The position numbers and the translations under genes are program-made. A model generated the notes under the pieces. The model ran no database searches and was not told the origin of the DNA. It was given only the letters and a program-made list of their open reading frames with translations. Of a stretch of 32,000 bases of DNA, positions 27,145-32,000 are shown in pieces (within the stretch, counting starts at the first letter, position 1; the number at the start of each line of letters is the position of its first letter). The DNA is from Candidatus Saganbacteria bacterium (lineage in GTDB: Bacteria > Margulisbacteria > WOR-1 > JAKLHX01). The stretch covers positions 213,434 through 245,433 of the forward strand of contig JAPLKZ010000007.1 of the NCBI GenBank assembly GCA_026387835.1, in the 5' to 3' direction.

Positions 27145-28902
27145 TTATGGCTGAGCATATTTCAGCATGGCCTTTGCTATCGCATCCAGCTTCTGCGGTA
27201 TGAGCGTCAGAGCCTGGATCGTGGTCTCTATGATGTTGCTTGACTGCCCTACCTGGAACAGCTCGCTAGCGTCAAGTCCGTCCGAAGCGTCAATATAAAC
27301 GCCCAGACCCGGAAGATAGACACTGGCCGATTTGCCGGCCAGGCCCCTTGCCACATCGTTATTCTGCGTATCGAGGGCCAGTACCCTCTGGTATATGCCG
27401 TAGATCATATTTTGGCCCTGAGAAATTAAGCTCCCGCTTGTAGTAGTAGGTAAAGGATTCAAACCGTAAGGATTGGCCGCCACCAGTTCAGCAAGCGTCA
27501 TTACGCCGTCATTGGTAAGGGGCGTTGCCAAAACATTAACTCCATCTCTCATCCAGTTCCATCCGAGAAGATTCTGAGAGTTAACGATTCCGGGTGCAGG
27601 ACTAGTTCCAATAACCGAGCTCCATTCCGTGGCAAAATCGATCACTCCGTCGCTATTCGTATCCGTAAGCGCGAACATGAATTTGTTGATATCAATTGTA
27701 TTATCACCGCTGTTAAGATATGAATAAAGGCGGCTTAATGTTCCGGTAAGATTTGTAATCGGAAGGTTTGATCCTACCCAGTCGCTCATACTTATTTTCC
27801 CGTCGCCATCCACGTCAATCGCTCCAAAATCCGCGGAAGTAAATATGCCCTGGTTCCAATTGGCTCTGTTAGTGTTGTTTATGTTAACATGTATATTCCA
27901 ACGACTTAAAGTTATATCCGCATCGGTACCTCTTATATCGTCGAACATTTGATCTGATTCTGCGCGTGTCTTATTTATTCCGAGCGTGCTGACAAAGTCA
28001 TACAATTCATCTTTGGAGATCTTCATGTCTCCATTGGCATCTAACATCGTAAAATCAGCACTTGATACCTGATCGCTATTCCAGGTATTTTTATAGAAAG
28101 TGTTTATTGTGTTAGTAAAGGCCAGATTTTGAGCTATGGTCGGGCTTGCTGCTAATGGAATTATTTTTGCTGTTCCAAGTGCCAGATTTGCATTCGAGTT
28201 TGTAAATCTGGTTATATTAGCTGCCGTGATCCCTAAACTGGTCAATGTGGAATTTTTTATGCCTCCGTTCCCGTTTGCGTCCAAGGACGATCTGAATATC
28301 CTTACTATATCGGCTAAGCCATAATTTCCGCTGTTAAATCTTGCTGCGTCAGCCACAAAGGCATTCAACCCTTGCGCGTTAATTACATATCCACCTGCTT
28401 CGCTTCTTGCTGCAAGATAATTGAATAATGTCGTATTAGCATGTAAAGGGTTAGTTGTAGCGGCCCATTCGCTTGCGTTAATTACCCCGTCATGGTTCGT
28501 GTCTATCGTAGTAAAGTCCATGTTGGTAAATAAACCTGCGACAGTCAATTTAGGAAGTTGATAAGAAGTCCATTCGTCTCTGGTTATCTTAAGATCATCG
28601 GAGGTTATATTTGTCCCTGTATGTTTTAGGGGATTGGCTACAGTATTGAATGATGTGGCAATATTTGAATTTGTCGTACCAACCCTGTAATCACTCGGAT
28701 CAATGTTGTTGCTGCTAAGATACGCTTTGAATCCGTTCTCGGTTACTATTCCGTCTTGAAATCCGTCGGCACTGTCCATGGCATCAAAATCCGCGGCTGA
28801 CATGAATTGATCTGCAGTCGCAGTAGTAAAATCAGAACAATCTACAGTTGTTCCTGTATCACTGCCGTCTGTTATTGTTACCGGATTTTGAATCGCTGCC
28901 AT
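27145..28902 (-). CDS. 585-aa protein with multiple EF-hand-like calcium-binding loops
   Basis: Loops DTNHDGVINASEW, DANGDMKISKDEL, DVDGDGKISMSDW, DTNSDGVIDFATEW, each usually preceded by (S/A)DFxx(I/L). Confidence 0.88.
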   Translation of the reverse strand: MAAIQNPVTITDGSDTGTTVDCSDFTTATADQFMSAADFDAMDSADGFQDGIVTENGFKAYLSSNNIDPSDYRVGTTNSNIATSFNTVANPLKHTGTNITSDDLKITRDEWTSYQLPKLTVAGLFTNMDFTTIDTNHDGVINASEWAATTNPLHANTTLFNYLAARSEAGGYVINAQGLNAFVADAARFNSGNYGLADIVRIFRSSLDANGNGGIKNSTLTSLGITAANITRFTNSNANLALGTAKIIPLAASPTIAQNLAFTNTINTFYKNTWNSDQVSSADFTMLDANGDMKISKDELYDFVSTLGINKTRAESDQMFDDIRGTDADITLSRWNIHVNINNTNRANWNQGIFTSADFGAIDVDGDGKISMSDWVGSNLPITNLTGTLSRLYSYLNSGDNTIDINKFMFALTDTNSDGVIDFATEWSSVIGTSPAPGIVNSQNLLGWNWMRDGVNVLATPLTNDGVMTLAELVAANPYGLNPLPTTTSGSLISQGQNMIYGIYQRVLALDTQNNDVARGLAGKSASVYLPGLGVYIDASDGLDASELFQVGQSSNIIETTIQALTLIPQKLDAIAKAMLKYAQP

Positions 28903-28932
28903 TATTTTCTCCGATCAGCCGTTCTTTATTCT

Positions 28933-28970
28933 CTATTTATCTATCGGAACGGTTTTCATGTAACTTGCAT
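28933..28970 (-). promoter_or_regulatory. Shared bipartite promoter-like element
   Basis: Minus strand ATGCAAGTT-N15-CGATAGATAAATAG, 30 nt from ATG 28902. Confidence 0.75.
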
Positions 28971-28979
28971 AGATATTGA

Positions 28980-29258
28980 TCATCTTTCAAGAAACCCGTT
29001 TTTCCTTTCCGCCGATTCAACCCTGCCTATGAGATCAAATACGGTATCAGTCTTGCTATACGAACCTTTTTCCTGCTTATGTCTTTTTATATCACTCTTG
29101 TCCTTGCCTGCGTTCTTTGACACGGGAGCCAGGAACCCGAACCCGGCGTTCTTGACCGCTTCCAGAAAAGCGCCCGAGTTGGCTGCCGGCCGGCTCGTAC
29201 TGTGGTTTTTCCCCGCATCGACGGAATTGGATGAAAAATATGGGTTGATGATGTTCAT
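28980..29258 (-). CDS. Uncharacterised 92-aa protein
   Basis: MNIINPYFSSNSVDAGKNHSTSRPAANSGAFLEAVKNAGFGFLAPVSKNAGK..., tight operon with the next two upstream ORFs. Confidence 0.7.
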   Translation of the reverse strand: MNIINPYFSSNSVDAGKNHSTSRPAANSGAFLEAVKNAGFGFLAPVSKNAGKDKSDIKRHKQEKGSYSKTDTVFDLIGRVESAERKNGFLER

Positions 29259-29267
29259 GGTCTTATC

Positions 29268-29474
29268 CTATACGACAACATTCAATGTCATGTTCTTATT
29301 GAAAAGCATGTTCACATCTTCAGAATTCACGGCTGGATTTGTTTTTTCAGCACCCGCCACGTTGGTCCCCGCATTATTACCTTTCAGGAATTCCTGCGCG
29401 GTCTGCTCGTATGCGTCCCGCAGCTGGGTCGCGAGGCCTTTTGAACCTTGATTTACCGGTTGTCCTTGCGTCAT
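29268..29474 (-). CDS. Uncharacterised 68-aa protein
   Basis: MTQGQPVNQGSKGLATQLRDAYEQTAQEFLKGNNAG..., abuts the neighbouring ORF. Confidence 0.7.
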   Translation of the reverse strand: MTQGQPVNQGSKGLATQLRDAYEQTAQEFLKGNNAGTNVAGAEKTNPAVNSEDVNMLFNKNMTLNVVV

Positions 29475-29657
29475 CTATTTATTACTCCCCTGTTTTAAAG
29501 CGTCTTTTATGACATCCAATTCGGGGGTTGACACTTGAATATTGCTCATGACCGGAAGCGAAACGTTCGTGTTTGGCGAGACGAAAGACATCTTCAACTC
29601 GTTCAATATCGAATTGACCTGAGCGTTAACTGTATCTATGTCTACTCTTGCCGCCAT
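29475..29657 (-). CDS. Uncharacterised 60-aa protein
   Basis: MAARVDIDTVNAQVNSILNELKMSFVSPNTNVSLPVMSNIQVSTPELDVIKDALKQGSNK; GAGGAAAC upstream of ATG. Confidence 0.7.
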   Translation of the reverse strand: MAARVDIDTVNAQVNSILNELKMSFVSPNTNVSLPVMSNIQVSTPELDVIKDALKQGSNK

Positions 29658-29668
29658 TATTGTTTCCT

Positions 29669-29706
29669 CAATATATTGTTCGTTCTATATGACGTAAAAC
29701 TTGCAG
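29669..29706 (-). promoter_or_regulatory. Shared bipartite promoter-like element
   Basis: Minus strand CTGCAAGTT-N15-CGAACAATATATTG. Confidence 0.6.
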
Positions 29707-29711
29707 TGTTT

Positions 29712-29843
29712 TCAATTGCCGCTCACCGCCGGCTCTTCCTTTTTCGCCTCGGACTGCTTCTCCGCTTCCGAGATGACCTCCATGATCGCCTCGATGACCT
29801 TCTCGTCGCACCATTCCGGGAACTCCAATTTACAATTATCCAT
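29712..29843 (-). CDS. Possible 43-aa acidic small protein (absent from the ORF track)
   Basis: ATG 29843 to TGA 29712: MDNCKLEFPEWCDEKVIEAIMEVISEAEKQSEAKKEEPAVSGN; sits directly downstream of a promoter-like element. Confidence 0.45.
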   Translation of the reverse strand: MDNCKLEFPEWCDEKVIEAIMEVISEAEKQSEAKKEEPAVSGN

Positions 29844-29845
29844 AT

Positions 29846-29883
29846 CAAGTAATTTATCGGAACATCACGGTATTAACTTGCAT
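29846..29883 (-). promoter_or_regulatory. Shared bipartite promoter-like element at the upstream boundary of the island
   Basis: Minus strand ATGCAAGTT-N15-CGATAAATTACTTG. Confidence 0.6.
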
Positions 29884-29912
29884 GGATCAAGGAAAAAGTG
29901 GCGCAGTTGCGG

Positions 29913-30941
29913 TTAGATCACGCGGTCCGGCAAAAACGAACTTGACGCGGGGATCTTTGAACCCGCTCTTATACGGCAGCGGCTGGCTATGATACTGTCC
30001 TTTCCGATGACGGTACCGTTCTCGATATAACACCAGCTGCCTATTACGCTTTCGTCTATCTCGACCCCGCGGTCCACAACGGTTTCAGGCCATATTATGG
30101 TGTCCTTTATCAAGGAATTTCCGCGGATAATACAGTTATCACCTATTATGACATTACCTTCAAAACGGGCACTCGGATCTATTTTGCAGTTGCGTCCGGC
30201 CAGGACGCGGTCACTGCCGTGCCGTTTCTTTTTTTTCAGCATGTCAAAATTTGCTGTCTTGTAATTATGGATATTGCCGATATCCTTCCAGTAGCCGGCC
30301 TGTTCCATGCCGTAAAAAGGCATATTATTTGCCGCCAATTCCGGAAAAAGCTGCTTTCCAAAATCAAATGAGTTGTCGTTCGGTATCATTTTAAGTATCT
30401 CACGGTTAAAAATATAAACTCCGGTATTTGCAAAATTGCTCAGAGCTTCCTCTCTTTTCGGTTTTTCCTGGAACGCTGTTATTTTACAGTCCGCGTCGCG
30501 TATCACGACCCCGAACTCAGACGTGTCTTCAACCCTGGTCAAAGCGATCGTCGCAAGGGCTTTTTTTCTTCTGTGGAATGAAATAAGCTTCTTAAGATCG
30601 ATATCCATCAAAACATCGCTGCTCAGGACGATAAACTCCCTGTCGGAAAGATGTGCCGACACGGCCATTTTTTTTATGCCGCCGGCCGTTCCAAGAAGCG
30701 TTTCTTCGAACGAGTAATTTATATGCACCCCGAACCCCGAACCGTCCTTGAAATAGTGCTGTATCTGTTCGGGAAAATAATGGAGATTGGCGGTTAGATC
30801 TTTTATGCCGTGTTTTTTCAGCAGTTTGATATTGTATTCCATTACAGGGACATTGCATATGGGGACAAGAGGTTTAGGTATCGCAAGTGTAAGAGGCTCA
30901 AGGCGTGTCCCGACGCCAGCGGCCATAATGAATGCTTTCAT
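29913..30941 (-). CDS. Sugar-phosphate nucleotidyltransferase with C-terminal left-handed beta-helix (mannose-1-P guanylyltransferase / glucose-1-P nucleotidyltransferase type)
   Basis: MKAFIMAAGVGTRLEPLTLAIPKPLVPICNVPVMEY, LLGTAGGI; C-terminal hexapeptide repeats (CKIDPSARFEGNVIIGDNCIIRGNS...). Confidence 0.93.
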   Translation of the reverse strand: MKAFIMAAGVGTRLEPLTLAIPKPLVPICNVPVMEYNIKLLKKHGIKDLTANLHYFPEQIQHYFKDGSGFGVHINYSFEETLLGTAGGIKKMAVSAHLSDREFIVLSSDVLMDIDLKKLISFHRRKKALATIALTRVEDTSEFGVVIRDADCKITAFQEKPKREEALSNFANTGVYIFNREILKMIPNDNSFDFGKQLFPELAANNMPFYGMEQAGYWKDIGNIHNYKTANFDMLKKKKRHGSDRVLAGRNCKIDPSARFEGNVIIGDNCIIRGNSLIKDTIIWPETVVDRGVEIDESVIGSWCYIENGTVIGKDSIIASRCRIRAGSKIPASSSFLPDRVI

Positions 30942-31363
30942 CCGAGTAGTCTGACCCTTCTTAAATGGCGGCCGCCTTCAAAACCTGTCTTCAGCCATAT
31001 ATCAACGATCTTCAGGGCTTTTTTGGCTGAAAGCAGCCTCGCTCCGAGGCACAGCACGTTCGAGTCATTGTGTTTTCTTGACATCTTCGCGGTATGGAAG
31101 CTTTCGCACGCGGCAGCCCTTATCTTTTTGACTTTATTGGCTGCCATGCTCATCCCTATCCCGCTGCCGCAGACAAGGATGCCCCTGTCGGCTTTTTTTG
31201 AAGAGACGGACAACGCGGCTTTTTTTGCATAGACGGGGTAATCTACCGGTCCTAAAGAAAATGTTCCGTAGTCCCTGACGCGAATTTTCTTTTTCAGGAG
31301 GAAGGTCTTTATCTTTTCCTTGAGATCGAACCCCGCGTGATCCGATGCAATGGCGATCTTCAT
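30938..31363 (-). CDS. rpiB: Ribose-5-phosphate isomerase B
   Basis: MKIAIASDHAGFDLKEKI, GILVCGSGIGMSMAANKVKKIRAA, HNDSNVLCLGARL; ATGA overlap with the downstream gene. Confidence 0.95.
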   Translation of the reverse strand: MKIAIASDHAGFDLKEKIKTFLLKKKIRVRDYGTFSLGPVDYPVYAKKAALSVSSKKADRGILVCGSGIGMSMAANKVKKIRAAACESFHTAKMSRKHNDSNVLCLGARLLSAKKALKIVDIWLKTGFEGGRHLRRVRLLG

Positions 31364-31366
31364 GGC

Positions 31367-32000
31367 TTACAGGATCTCTAAATACCTGTCGATCTCCCAA
31401 GGGGTCACTTTGATCCGGTAATCGTCCCATTCGGCGTTCTTCGCGTCAAGGAACCTTTTGAAAGTATGATCTCCGAGCGCGTCCTTAATGATCTGGCTTT
31501 TTTCCATTTCATCCAAGGCTTCCTTTAATGATCCGGGCAGCGTTTTTATGTTCCTTTTCTTAAGTTTTTCCTCGTCAAATTCGTATACATCCTCTTCCGT
31601 CGGAGCAGGAATGACCATTTTTTTCTTGATGCCATCCATTCCGGCCTTGAGCATCACTGCGAACGCGAGATACGGATTGCAGCTCGGGTCAGGGCACCGG
31701 AGCTCGGCGCGGGTCGCCAGCTCCCTTCCAGGAGAGAACCTCGGTATCCTTATAAGCGCGGACCTGTTGATCTGAGCCCAGCAGATATAGACAGGAGCTT
31801 CATAGCCCGGCACAAGCCTTTTATATGAATTGACCGTAGGCGCCAGCACAGCGCTCATCGCCCTCGCGTGATGCAGCTGTCCGGCTATGTAATGGTACGC
31901 GAGTTTTGAAAGTTTATATTTGTCTTTCGCGTCATAGAAAAGATTATTGCCTTTTTTATCGAACAGGCTCTGGTGAGTGTGCATTCCCGATCCGTTCACG
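31367..32000 (-). CDS. glnA: Type I glutamine synthetase, C-terminal part (5' end outside window)
   Basis: NGSGMHTHQSLF, NSYKRLVPGYEAPVYICWAQINRSALIRIP, RAELRCPDPSCNPYLAFAVML. Confidence 0.95.
   Translation of the reverse strand, partial: VNGSGMHTHQSLFDKKGNNLFYDAKDKYKLSKLAYHYIAGQLHHARAMSAVLAPTVNSYKRLVPGYEAPVYICWAQINRSALIRIPRFSPGRELATRAELRCPDPSCNPYLAFAVMLKAGMDGIKKKMVIPAPTEEDVYEFDEEKLKKRNIKTLPGSLKEALDEMEKSQIIKDALGDHTFKRFLDAKNAEWDDYRIKVTPWEIDRYLEIL

Noticed and set aside
6376-29883. Confident call of a type III secretion system
   Set aside because: No ATPase, secretin, export-gate or ring component is in the window. The evidence is only composition, lack of signal peptides and sigma-28-like promoters, so it is kept as a hypothesis.

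Overview
The window has three parts. (1) About 0.4-6.3 kb holds a lipid/polyketide-type locus on the minus strand: FabG-like reductase, ACP, hot-dog dehydratase, an intact ketosynthase, a second ketosynthase that lacks all three catalytic residues (chain-length-factor-like), and a family-2 glycosyltransferase. A degenerate PlsC-type acyltransferase lies divergently on the plus strand. (2) About 6.4-29.9 kb is a roughly 23.5-kb island, all on the minus strand, of proteins I cannot assign to known families. It includes a 3107-aa protein with hydrophobic helices and an alternating repeat array, a 1021-aa Tyr/Trp/Asn-rich protein with a Thr-rich linker, a 585-aa EF-hand-like protein, and many small proteins without obvious signal peptides. 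(3) About 29.9-32 kb is housekeeping: sugar-nucleotide transferase, rpiB and the 3' end of glnA. The main observation is a shared bipartite upstream element, GCAAGTT-N15-CGATANNTAWATAG. It occurs at least seven times with identical spacing, always on the minus strand and almost always in front of an island gene. It resembles a sigma-28/FliA-type promoter. This suggests one alternative-sigma regulon encoding an undescribed and possibly Sec-independently exported system. The secretion or appendage interpretation is inference only.
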